Below the pieces are notes generated by a model. It saw only the letters and a program-made list of their open reading frames with translations. It was not told the DNA's origin and searched no databases. From assembly GCA_008632985.1 (NCBI GenBank), contig QPGO01000013.1, positions 372,001-436,000 on the forward strand: a stretch of DNA of 64,000 nt, read 5' to 3'. Below, piece by piece: positions 1 through 12,151 of the stretch (its first letter is position 1; each line of letters opens with the position of its first letter). The position numbers were made by a program, and so were the translations under genes. The stretch comes from Psammoneis japonica. Its lineage: Eukaryota.

Positions 1-3000
1 CTGCCTTGTGGTGTGTCGACAACTCAGATGATCCTGCATCTTTGCTGCTGCTGCCAAAGTTGAACAGAAACAAGACCATTGAGCGTCCAGATAAAATGAC
101 AAAATGACAGCAAGTGCAAAGAATGCCTGCAGACCTTGTGACAACTCTCTGCATTGCCTCCCAAAAGTTCTCTTCTGCATCAAGAAGCCAGTGCCATCAA
201 CACACAGATTGAAGCCTGGCTTGACAAACATCAGCATCTTTCAGCTCAGGCAAACATGTGGCCCACATCAAGAGAAGATGCAAGCATGAAGCCCAAGCTT
301 GCTTGAAGTGTTCACTCTTGTGACTGCAGCTTCATCCTCTCTCATTGCTCTTTTGGGCTTGCTTGCAGCAGTGTTGGGACCCCTTTCTTCACAAGATCTG
401 CTGCCAAAGTGTTTCTCTCTTTGCAGGTTTTGGATTGCAAGATCTTTGCAGTGTTGCTTTTGTCTGAAAAATGTTGTTTCTCTTGCTCAGAGTTGAAATT
501 TGCTGAACAACAAGTGTGCATTCTTGTCAAGTGCTCCTTGTCTGTGAGTGAACATTCTTCAACACTTGTTCCCTCAAGCAAAGCAGGAAATGACACTCAG
601 AATAATTTGGTCTTGTGAAGCCTGTGATTTTGATGAGAAGAATGGTGCACTTGTTCAGAACCTCATGACAATTGATGAGGTGTCATCAATGATCATCAAC
701 GGAGCATGTGAAGCAGGAAATGACACTCACTGAATTTCTTTGTGTGTGAGCACAAGAACAACTCTTGACAAGTGTTCATTCAGATGGCTCCCTTCTGCTC
801 ACACATTGCAGCCAATGTCATGGTTGTTCATTGTCAATTTTTGTGTGGTTTTTACAATCAGATGACAGTTGTGGACCACATTTTAGAGCATCACTGTGCT
901 GTTGGCAATTGACGCATGCTCTGATGGCATTGCTCTGCCACATGGCTTTTCCCATTTGTTGCCTTTTTCTTTGATTCTTTGCACTTCTTGCTCTTGCCTC
1001 AGTCTCTCTCTCTCTTTTTCTCTCCTTTTGGTGTTGCTTCTTGGCCAATGTGGCTTCTTTTTGTGTTCATGGCACAGTGTGCTTGACCAGCTGACCAGCC
1101 CCTTTCTGCATCTTGACATCAGCAACAGTGTTTCTGGCAAGAAAAGTGCAAAAAGGTGGTCAGCTTTGCCCTCACAATTTTGCCAGCAAGGGACAATGTT
1201 GTTGTTCTGACTCACCTGTGTTCAGCATTTTCTTTTGCTTTTGACAGCTGTCAGGTGCTTTCTTGTCAATTTGTCCTGAGTGCAAGAAAGAAAGCAATGA
1301 CCCAAGCATGAGTTTGAATGGCTTTTGCTGTTGCCGCCCATCTTGTGTGCTGCTGCTGTGCATCTCACCTCTTTTGTGCTTGTTCTTTGTTTTGGTGGCA
1401 CCATGTTGGCGGCTTTCTGTCATTTCCTTTCTGCCATTTTTTGTCCTTGTTGTTCACATTGACCAGCTGTGCATTGTTTTGTGTGCCATTGATGATCTCT
1501 TTTCACAGGTCCTGCCTTTCTCACCAAACTGGCTGGCCTTTCTCTCCATGGTTGCATCAATTTTCAGCAGATTTTTGTTTTGCAATCCTTTTCTCATGTG
1601 TGTTTTGATGTTTTCAATGATTTGAATCAACTTCAACAAATCACAAATTTTTTTTCTGCATTGTTGTTGACACAACTGAGTTCTTGTCAAGAACAAAATT
1701 TTCATGTTTGAGTGGTGCTGTGAGACCAAAATTTAAAGTTTTTGAATCTGATTCTGCAACTTGTTTTTCAAAATGGGACCCACATCTCACAACTGTCTGC
1801 ATTTCCGTTGCATTCATTGTTGTCTCATCATGGCACATCAAGGTCAGAGACATGGGCACAGGCCCACAGGGACAATGGGGAGGAGGTGGTTGAGGAGCTG
1901 CTTGAGGAGGTGGGCAACAAGAGTGGGGAAGAGGTGTGGGAAAGGATTGTGGGAAGGAGGTCAGCAGGGGGGAGGTGGCAGAGGTGGGCAAGCAATTTCT
2001 CCCAGACACAGCCCCCACAGGCATGAGGAGTCTTTGGCTGGTGCTGCTGCTGCAGCAGATGCCAATGATGACTCCATTGCTGACAGTGTTCATTCTGCAG
2101 CAGTTGGAGATTTTTGTTTCTAGATGAACAGCATTTGCTGCAATCACTCAAGTCCCAGGGGCTCAGCGAAGCCTCCCAGCATCATGCAGTGCACTCTCTT
2201 GATCTGCATTCTTTAGATTTGGAACCACTGCACATGTGGTGCACTCTTGCCCACCAGATGCATGCTGTGGTGAAAAAGCAGCAGGACTGCCAGCACAAGG
2301 AAATGCTGTCCAAGCACAAATCCCTCAAGCAAAAGCAAGCTTGCCAGTGCCAATGCTGCAACAGTGTCCAGCCTCCCTTCAGAAAGTCCAGAAGCAGACC
2401 GTCTGGGCACCAGCGAAGTGATCAGCATGGAGCGAGAGCTTGTCAAAACAGCAACCAAGTCAAGAAGGGTTGCATGAAAGCTTCTTTTTGACACTGGATT
2501 TCTGTCAAAGTAAGAGGTTGGAAACTGCTTGAACTGCCAACCACGGCTTGAAGCTGGGGTCACAGCTGAATCTCCATTCGCACACATGGTTTGGGACATT
2601 TCATTGCCAGACAAGAACAATCAATGCAACACACCTGCCATTTGTGCCAGCTTGTGGGAGAAGATTGGCCCATCTTCTTTGTGTGTGATGAACCAAGAAC
2701 ATGACACTTTTGCATCTTTTGTACAAACTCAAGTCAAGTGTGTGCTTTCCCCAACATCTGGTGTTGAGTTGTGTCATCAAGCCCTCAATGCTCTTTCTCC
2801 ACATTCTGAGCTTCAATTGGCAACAATGCTGGTGATGATTTGTGTCAGGAAGCTCCTGAAAGAGTGTCACTGTCCCATGAAGAACAAAGTGTGGTTGCAC
2901 ACTGTTGCAAAGGAGAAATCTTTGTGTGGCTTGTCACTTCAGATGCAGGTGTCAATCAACTTGGATGTCAACATTCCTTCCTCTCACTGTGGCCATCTGG

Positions 3001-6000
3001 TTTGTGTTGCACTCACAGGACATTGAAGGATTGTGACACTTGTTTGATGGGGCCATTGACAGCTGGGGGGCACTCACACACCAGTTGACTTGTGTGAAGC
3101 ATCTTCTCACATGCCTTTTTGCAGATTATCACAATGATTTGATTTGATTGAGTCACTCTCTTGCCTTGAAGATTGCCCTCCAGCATCTGATGATGTTCAA
3201 AATGAAATGGAGGCACTCAATGAAGGATGTGGTCTGTTTCATGAAGTGTCACAACATCGTTGTTTTGTCTGACAGGGTGTTGGATGGAACCCTCAACAAC
3301 CCTGGGGTTCAGGGCACTGGCTTGGCTTTCATTGTTCAACTGCCTTGTCTGACCAACCCACCACTGCAGCTGCCACTGGAGGAGCAGATGCACCAGTGGC
3401 CCGGCCATGGACATTCCCACCCACTGCACCTGCTCTTGACTTCCTGTTTTGTCTGCAGGAGGAAAGGGGGGGGGGGCAACAGCAACCTGCTTTCTGATGG
3501 ACCAATGGATTTCCCCAGAGACAAGAATGCAGATGAAGCCCAGGATGATGATGCCATGAAAACTGCAGACACAATGACAACACCAAAGACAATGACAATG
3601 ACAAGAAGGAGGATGGGAGCAATCATGCAGAAGCTGTTTGAGCAACATTTGAGCTGCAGTGCCAAGCACACAACACTTTGCAACTCACAAAACTGTGCTT
3701 TGGACAACAACAATGCCAAAGACAATGATTGCAACAAGGAGGACATGCCAAATCCTGCAGAAGCTGTTTCAGCGAAATTCAAACCACAATGCCAAAGGCA
3801 CGCAACAGGTTGCAACTTTTGCAACTGCTCTCAACTTGTGAAACAGCACCTTTTGCAGATTCCCACATTGATGCTTCTCAAACAACTTTCTTGGACATCT
3901 CTCTGAAATCTTGTGATGGCTCCATCCCATCCAGTGTTTTGTGCAGATCAACACAAACAACGAAGATCATGTCTGCCATTTCTGTTGTTTTGCACCAGCA
4001 GGTTGCTGACATCTCCAATTTGTGATGAAGAGATGAGGTTTCTCATTGCACTTTCTGTGAGCCTCATTTTGGCTGCATGCACCATTGGCAGATTCTTCTT
4101 TGTGCACCAAGCTGGGAAAAGATGATGTTGTTTGTTGCTGTTTTGCACCTTTTTGTTCACTCGGGCAAGGGCATGATGGTCTTTGCATGCATGCTTGCCT
4201 GCTGGCACAGCTTGTTCAAATGAGTCAAGCATGTGCCAACATGGGCTGCTCCATGAGGAAACAAACCAGCATGAACACAAGACATGGTTTTTGAAATTTC
4301 CAGCTGTGGCCATGGCATTCTTCTGTGTGTCAAATGCAGCAGCTCCTCTCTGTTGCTGCATTCAATGATGCCCCATCTGAAGCTTTGGAGGCTGCACTTG
4401 ATGTTGATTCACACAATGGCAGGACCATCAGTGCAGAGTGGCAGAAATTGTTTGTCGTGAGCCATTTTTGTTTGAGCTTGTGTGCATCAATCGCGACAGG
4501 CATTTTGACTTTGTTGATGCTTGTTTTGGCAAACTGATGTCACCCTCTCAGCCTCCAGAAATGGTGTGTCTTTGCAATGTTCCAGTGTCTTTGGACAAGT
4601 GTAGCCTCCCATGCTTGAAAAGGTCCAACTGCCGATGAAGCAGGAGTTTCAAATGCCTTCTTTGCGGCCAGCTGGGTTTGTTGTGACACACCTCAGATTT
4701 TGGGAGGAGATGGCAAATCCAACAATCTGCCAGCAGACCCACCAATGAATCTTTCCAGCAACAACATCACACAGGTTGACAGCACATGGAACACTGTGTG
4801 GTGGCATCAGCAGCAAGGAGACGAGTCGTCATTGCTGACCTTGGGAAAGCCACGTCCACAAAAATGTGGGAATGTGCTCGCAAATGGGTTTCAGTAATTT
4901 TTGGCACCTTTGAGTGCTTTTGGATCCCCTTGTCCTGTCTGGAAGGAGGGTGCATGGCTGGGTTGCTTTCTCCCTTTGTCATGGCAGTCAAATTGGACAC
5001 CTGGAACCTCTTTGAACTCAATTTTCTCATGTTTGGGTGTCCTGGAAGGCCTGTCAACCAGCATCAGCAAGCTCAATGGGACCCGCTTTGCCAAACAATG
5101 CACTCAAACAAATGCTGTCCTCCTGACACAAGGACTGTCAACCAGGAGGATGTGTTCAGTGCATGAAACCAGCCACAGTTCAAGCCATTCCTGCCACAGC
5201 TGTGCTGGAAGCATTGGCGAATGGTGTGCTTGATGCCAAAGCCAGTCCTGAAGACATCATGTGGAAGGTTGACAGGACAGCATGCAAGAGCCAAGATTGC
5301 TCCACTCTGGATGACAACATTTTAAATCTTCTCTGGCCATTGGTGCTGAAGATGAAACAAAAGCTGGCTGAATCAAAAAACTTGACAGACGAGTCCAATG
5401 TGAAGCACATCAAAGTCATGCTTTGTTTCAATGCTGGAAAAATGACAAATGAGCTGAGCACCCCCTTTGTCCAAGCCCACAGCAGGAACAAAACATCCCC
5501 AAGAACAACCCTTGTTGCAATGACAACAAGTGGGTTTGTTCTGTGCTGGTTGAGTTGACACTGACAACAACTCAAGTTGGGCATTTGCAAGACCAGATGA
5601 CAACAACATTTGCCTGCAACAGCAGCACTGCTGACATCCTCAGAAGTGTGCAGATTCTCAGTTGGCAATGACACAATCAAAGATGAAAATGATGGAGCAT
5701 TTGAGTTGCTGAGCAAATTGCAACCACAGTTGGCCACTTCTGCACACTTTGGTTGTGCTTGCATCTTTTGCTTCTCTGCTGTTGTTGCAGCACACAAGTG
5801 CACTCACTGTGGTGTGCATGTGGCATGGCAGTTTGTGCCAGCATTGTTGCGTTGGTGCACTTTGGCCAGAAAACTGTGGCCTCAAAACAGATTTTGCTTC
5901 AACTGTTTGTTTCTTGACAAGAACAGAACAAAAATTTTCTTGCAAAAACTGTCAGTGTAGAGGGCACTTCTGCAACACACTGGAGTTGTTGTTAGATTGT

Positions 6001-6891
6001 AAGCTCACAATGATCTTTCTTGCCCATTGCACAGCAACTCTGAAACCTCCCAGCACAACCAAACCTTCTTTGCACATGCATTTTGATGCCCCCCTTTGCT
6101 GTTTTCAGTGCATTCAAAGGGCCCTTTGATGCTGAAGTCCCAAAGGCAATGCCAGCAAGTCAAAGAAAGAAAGAATTGAAAATGAAATTTGAGCATTGGG
6201 TGCTTTGACAATGAGAGGTGAGCACAGAAGTGCAACAAAACCAGAAGCCTGGAAAGAAATGCACAACTCCAAAGGTGTCATTTTCTGTAAAGCAGCACAA
6301 AGAAGTTGTCCAAACTGCCTGGACAGGGTGCACAAAGGCATTGTCAAAATGCCACAACCCAGAAAATGTGTTGTTGCTGGGCGTGTCTTTGGAGAAAACC
6401 ATCCATTGTCACATTTGCCAGGAACAAAAGGGTGCAATGGCGCACATTTGCCTCCTGACCAGCGTGAGTTGATGACCACCAGATCATGCAATCCAAGTTG
6501 AGTTGTGCCACCCATTGCAGTTTCATGCAGTCAAAAGTCAGCAACTGGGCCAGTGCATCCACTGCCCAGTGTTTTGGACAAAGCAATGCATTCATTGTCC
6601 ATTGGTTGAAAAGCCACCCAATTTCTGACAGCACCTTTCAGAAAACTGCAACAAAGAATGTGCCTGCAATGGCAATTTGTCATGTTGAGGTCCAGATGGT
6701 CTTGTCTGCAACCTGTGTTCTTTGCTGGCTGCTTCAAAAGCATCTTTGGCAAAGCCTCACAAAAACAACCAAAAAGGCACTTGGATTTCCTCATTGTCTC
6801 AACAGAAGAGAAAACAAAGAAACGCACCATGATGCAACTTTGAGAAGTGCAACCCAGATTTAGAGAAGCAGTTGCCAAAGGGACCCACAAC

Positions 6892-6894
<3 letters not shown>

Positions 6895-6924
<30 letters not shown>
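6895..6924 (+). repeat. (CAA)10 microsatellite
   Basis: Ten consecutive CAA units read directly from the sequence. Confidence 0.95.
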
Positions 6925-9900
6925 GAGATGCTTTCCAATGCTTTTCTGAAGATGGTCAAGGAAGGTTTCTGCATGTGTGTGTCAAAAGGAACATTGTTGC
7001 ATCTGACCCCAGCTGTGCCATTTCTTCAATGCTTTTGAAAGCATGCCTTTCATTGCAACCAGGGCTGCAAGCAACAGCCTCAGATGCTCTTGACCAGAAT
7101 GACAGGTCTGGTCTGCAGCTTCATTCTCAAAGGGAGTTCTTGGCATTTTCTGGTCACTTTGTCTGTGGGGGGATGTGTGTGTTGCTGCTCAGAATTGTTT
7201 CTTACACTTGGCCTTGTCAAACAGCTTGGGCAGTTCTTTGAAGGCTGCACTGGGACATTTGCACATGTTGCAATCCCCAGCATTGCAAAAACAATCACAA
7301 CACCAGAACAACAAGGTGTTAGAGACTTTTTGGAGATCAAACAAGGCACGGATCAATTGCATTTGTGGAGACCCAAGTGCAGTGCATGAAGGAGCAGATG
7401 TCCCAAAAGGCTGGTCAAGCCAAGTGCTGCAAAATTCCCTGCAGCTTTCATGAGCAGCAGCAACTTCTCCATGATGCCATTCCTCTGCAGCAACAATGGC
7501 AGCCTTGAACTTGTGCTGGATGTCATTTTTTCCCACCAAATTGCAGCAATGCATTGGATTGTCACCAAGCCGTTGGGGCATGTCACAGCATTGATTTGTT
7601 CAAGATGTGTTGCTGGAGTGAGAGTTGCAATTGCAAGCCATGTCATCATGGCCTTTTGCATCCCCAATGATTGCGCACAAACAAAAATGAAGATGGACAA
7701 GGCCAAGAAAGGGAAGCACAATGGGAAACCAGTCCGCCTCTTAGAAACTTGCAGCAACTCAGTGAACATCTCCCAAAGGGCATTGTGGCAAAACTTTGCA
7801 CAGGTCTCCTGCCAAAGCTTTGATTGTGTCAGTCAGCAGCTCTTCTCTTGTCATTGCCAGTCTTTGGATGGGTGGAACCACTCCAAGTGCAGACCAAGGG
7901 AAGTGGTGACTTTGGTGGCACTTGTCACTGAGATTGCCAAAAAAGTCAGAAAAATGGGTTGAGCTTGCAGACAACCAATGAAGATGTTGCAGGACAAATG
8001 AAATGAGAGCCAGAGGGACACTCATTGCCAAGTTGTGAGAGAGGCAATTGGAGATCCTCCTTGGCTTGTTTTCACCAGATGCTGGTGTTCAGGGAATTGC
8101 ACACGCACTTGTTGGCTTGAGGACATCATTTCTCTTTGTGCAACCTTTGGCATGATTGCACAACTTTGGGATTGCAGAACACCCTTCTGACACAGTGCAC
8201 AAAGGAAAAATGATGAGCATGCATGGGGGGAACTCAGGTCCAATGTGGACAGCAGAGTGCATGGGCTCAGGGCCAACATGCTTGACATGCTTTGCTTTCA
8301 TGCATCTCACAGTGCAGTGGAGTGAGACAAACAGTTGCAGTCACAATCACGACTGCCCTTGGCTCATCTGGCTAAAGACACCAGACCCTTGTGTGAACCA
8401 TGGGGCAGATGATGCTTCTTCATCATGAGAGTCAAATCTTCTTCTGTGTTTTGCAAACAAGAGGTGGTGTCAAAAGTTGAGCTTCTCCCATCTCCCCTGA
8501 ATCAAGTGCTTCAAAATGGTGAAGACCACCATCATCTTTGTTGGTGCTGCTTGCATTGCTTTGCATGGAAGAGCCCCCAGGGAAGGACGCTGATCCAAAC
8601 AAGTGCATCATTAAAAAAGATGTCACCCCCCAAAGAATGAAAAAACTGATTTGCTCCACATTGTGCAAAAGTTGAGTGCAGGATTCAAAGTTAAAGCAAA
8701 AATCATTGCCAGGTTCATCACAGGTGCAGTGGCCATGATGAACAAATGAAGCATCCAAAGAGGATCAGATGGAAAAGAACAATTCAACAGTGTGACAGAA
8801 ACATCCAATTTAATCCAGAGAAGCCAATGCAATGGAAGTGCTCAAGGAGAGGCAGGTGCATTGTTTTGGGGCCAATTTGAGAAAAGGAAAAGTGCTGGGG
8901 ACACCGTAAAAAAAGCCAATGAAGGGCATGTTGATCATCATTGTCTGGCACACAACCAGGACACAGTGGATTGCAACAGGAGCAGGCCATCATTGTTAAA
9001 ACAAATGTGCCATTAACACAAACTCATTGGCAGCCAACAGAAATGAGTGCTGTGAGATGAAACAAAGAGATGGACAAAGCAGGAACATGCAAAACGGAGA
9101 TGCGCTCAGCTGTCAAATGGCCTGGCTCACAAAAAATCAATCAACCATGGACAAGATTAAAAAGAAAGCCACCAGTGTGCACCAATCTACAAGATTGTCT
9201 GTTGTCACAGCAACCATGACTGCTGTGTGACAAAAACAAAGACAGATTTGCACCATTGTTTAGAAGGTTGTTTGTGACACCAACTCAAGTCAATTGTTGA
9301 CAAATTGTGCAACCACATCATCACAAATGTGACCATTGTTGAGATCAAAAAGAACTCACAGGCATTTGTCTCTTGGGGGTGCTGACTTTGCTGTTGTTGT
9401 GACTGCATTGGTGTGGCAAAACATTTGACTTCTCACACATGATGCACACATCATGGGTCATGCAGAGTGTTGACAAATGCACAAACAATGAACAACTTCT
9501 GTGGCACTGCTGCACACCCTGAAGCAGCTCCAAAATTGCTGCTGACTTTTCAGCATTTTGACTCTACAACATCTCCACATTTTTGCACAGGTGTGTGTGT
9601 TTGAAGTCATGAAGCCAAAAAAGGCCACACAGTTGAGCTGGGTGCAGGCAACAAAGACAATGCATTGTTGCAAAAAAAGGAAATAATCTTGTTGTTGTGT
9701 GTGCTGCAATCTCTCAAAGCACCGCACTGTGCTGGTGATCAAAAACAGGGTTTGTCTGATGACAGCTTTGCTGGTCATCGCAGCACCAACAATGTTGTCA
9801 GCTGAGCAAGCTTGGTCTGATGACCCAAGTGCCTTCCAAGACCCCTTCACCATTGTGCAGATTTTTGGACTCTTCTTGGTGCCAACTGAAACTCCTTTGA

Positions 9901-9999
9901 AAGAGTTCGTTGTTGTCTCTTTGATGCTCTCAGGGCTGCAAAGTTGGCTGTGAGTGTTCATCCATTGACCATTGGGACATTCTTTTCCTTGTGTGTTGA

Positions 10000-10170
10000 A
10001 GCCAAGATTTGAGTTTCCAAAATCTTTCCTTTGCACCTGCTGCTGCTTCCTGACCCATCTTGGCAGCAACTTTGCATGCTGCATTGCCTCTCAGCACCTC
10101 TTGAGGTTGTCAGTTTCAAACCACAGCTCTGTTCTCAGTGGCACACAAAGTGGTGAAAGCCAGCTTGCAC
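10000..10170. repeat. Dispersed repeat, copy 1 (second copy at about 17195-17360)
   Basis: Shared core ttcctttgcacctgc..ctgcttcctgacccatcttggcagc.ac.ttgcatgctgc; minus-strand translations LPRWVRKQQQVQRKDFG and LPRWVRKQWQVQRKVFG. Confidence 0.85.
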
Positions 10171-10866
10171 ACCATGCTCCCAGCTTCTTTTTTTTGGATT
10201 TGGTTGCCCCTCAGTTGTGGGTTGTTGTTGCTTCTGCTTTTGGGTTGCTTGCTTCCCAAACATTTTGAGGCTGCCGCTTTGTTTGGATTCGCCACTTGGC
10301 CATGAGTCCTTTGTGTTCAGCCACAATGCAGCTGAATGCGGGGCAGAAAAGAATGTAATTCAAGGGCGGCGCATCTGTCCCATCTTTTGTGGGCACTTGT
10401 TGTTTCTCCAAGACACGCACTGGCGGGCCAGCAAGGCACTTGCACCAGTGCGTGTTACCTTCGGCAGGCAATTACTTCTGTGTGAATGCAGAGGTCACTC
10501 TCTACAATTTGCCGAGATGCGGAGGATATGAGAGCTCTCACAATGTGCAGTACATACCGCTTCGTTCTGTTGTGGCTTCCTTAACCAACAGTTTGTATCA
10601 CGGAATAAAAAGCTAAAGTCCAACACTTCAAAAATCAAACGTGGGTAGCACAAGAGGCAATTGCCTTAGATCCCATATTGTCGAGCTGCCTTTGTAACTT
10701 TTCCTCAGCAATTCACAGACTTGCTTTCCACATATAGGCTCAAGCAATTAGAAACACTAGAGGCTTCCTTAAAGGAAACCTATACGACCTCTACTGGTAG
10801 GCATGAGAACAGACGTCGCATCAGCATTAATAAATTTGTAGGCTGGCGATTTGGCCATTCTAAGTA

Positions 10867-11970
10867 TTAATCTTCTGTGTTCTCTAGCTGATCGATACAT
10901 GACTGCAACGACTCATCATTGCCACCTGTCTTCTGCTGATGCTTGAGAGCCTTGATTACGACGTCTTTATCTGCTTCCTTTATCTGTTTTGCGAGGTTCT
11001 CGAGCTCAACATCATCCAATGGTGGGCCCTTTGGGTCCGCATTTAAATGTATGTACGGAAAAATTGATTCATTGTGGAAAAGGGGGCCACCACCCGTGCA
11101 AGCATGTAACAAAATGACGCGCTCACCATTCCAAGGCGCAATATCGTCGGGTATGCCCTCATGCCAGATTCGATGCCTATCCGTCCAATAATCCCAGTCA
11201 CTATCAAAGTAAAAGGCCGTCCAATTCTCCATCTGAATGTTGCTGCCAATGCCTTGGACGTATGATGACATGAACTCCTCACCAACGGCCGTCTGTGCTA
11301 ATTGGAAGTTGTACGATAGTCCTGTTAAGGTAACTCGTTGGGCGAAGGTAGCGACGGACGATCCTTTCTGAGCGTCAACCAACACGAAGAGAACAGTTTC
11401 ATCAATGAGCTGTTTGAGGAATCCTCTAAGCATGCTTTTGGGAGACAGTTCATCAATGAGAGGTTTGGCTTGGGGATCATCGCGCAATCGCTTTAAGAGC
11501 GTGAGGTTGGTGCAGAAGAACACCATGAGTGGTGGACACCAACCATCCACTGTAGCGTCCACATCTTCGCCTTGTTTGAGACTGTCCTTGCGATGTTGCA
11601 GATCCCTCATCACACTGTTGAAGAGAGCTTGACAATGTTCCTCGCTGAGGAGCTTGTCGTCAACAGGAAACATGCTCGCACCACAAAGGCGCTCTGCAAC
11701 AGCTCCGCTTGTCCTACAAAGTTCCTGGGCCTCAGAGGTGCTTCCTGTATCGGAAGCGACCTGCAGCAGGGCGAGCGTCAAGGCTGCAACCGAAGAAATG
11801 GTCTCGCCATCTCCAATGGAGAGTGTCCTGGCGATTTCAAGAGCACGATCCTTGGCCAATTTTTGAGTCTCACGAAAGGTTGTCAAAGCCCCTTCGGCAT
11901 CTGCTTTTGACAAAGCGGAATGAGACTCCAGTAAGCGCTCCGTGATGGCCGATAAGTCTTCAGTCGGCAT
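10867..11970 (-). CDS. Hypothetical protein, 367 aa, intronless
   Basis: Long ORF with normal dinucleotide and amino-acid usage; ATG at 11970 (MPTEDLSAITE); helical N-terminal half; C-terminal motifs LSYNFQL and IWHEGIPDDIAPWNGERVILL. Confidence 0.85.
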   Translation of the reverse strand: MPTEDLSAITERLLESHSALSKADAEGALTTFRETQKLAKDRALEIARTLSIGDGETISSVAALTLALLQVASDTGSTSEAQELCRTSGAVAERLCGASMFPVDDKLLSEEHCQALFNSVMRDLQHRKDSLKQGEDVDATVDGWCPPLMVFFCTNLTLLKRLRDDPQAKPLIDELSPKSMLRGFLKQLIDETVLFVLVDAQKGSSVATFAQRVTLTGLSYNFQLAQTAVGEEFMSSYVQGIGSNIQMENWTAFYFDSDWDYWTDRHRIWHEGIPDDIAPWNGERVILLHACTGGGPLFHNESIFPYIHLNADPKGPPLDDVELENLAKQIKEADKDVVIKALKHQQKTGGNDESLQSCIDQLENTED

Positions 11971-12151
11971 GTTCGTTGAGAGTAGTGAGTTTATACGAGA
12001 CCTTTGAACAATTCGTAGCACGTTTTTGTTTAGCTACTAGTAGCTAGAGAGAGTTCGAGTAGTGAAGGCACAGCTGATTGAAACGCGGACTGTTCGCGAA
12101 CGATGATGATTCGCGTTTCGGGACGTGCCATGACTTACCGGTAGCCACGCA

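Larger units (their letters stand above)
1..10330. repeat. Hypermutated (TpA/CpG-depleted) block of degenerate, unclassified repeat/TE-derived DNA
   Basis: Near absence of TA and CG with excess TG/CA; six-frame ORFs almost lack Tyr and are Cys/His/Gln-rich; same signature as the identifiable TEs in the window. No family could be assigned by eye. Confidence 0.7.

Noticed and set aside
1..10330. Dense overlapping Cys/His/Gln-rich ORFs in all six frames, here and in other repeat blocks
   Set aside because: Artefact: losing TpA removes TAA/TAG stops and Tyr codons, and excess TG/CA inflates C, H and Q. They are not genes.
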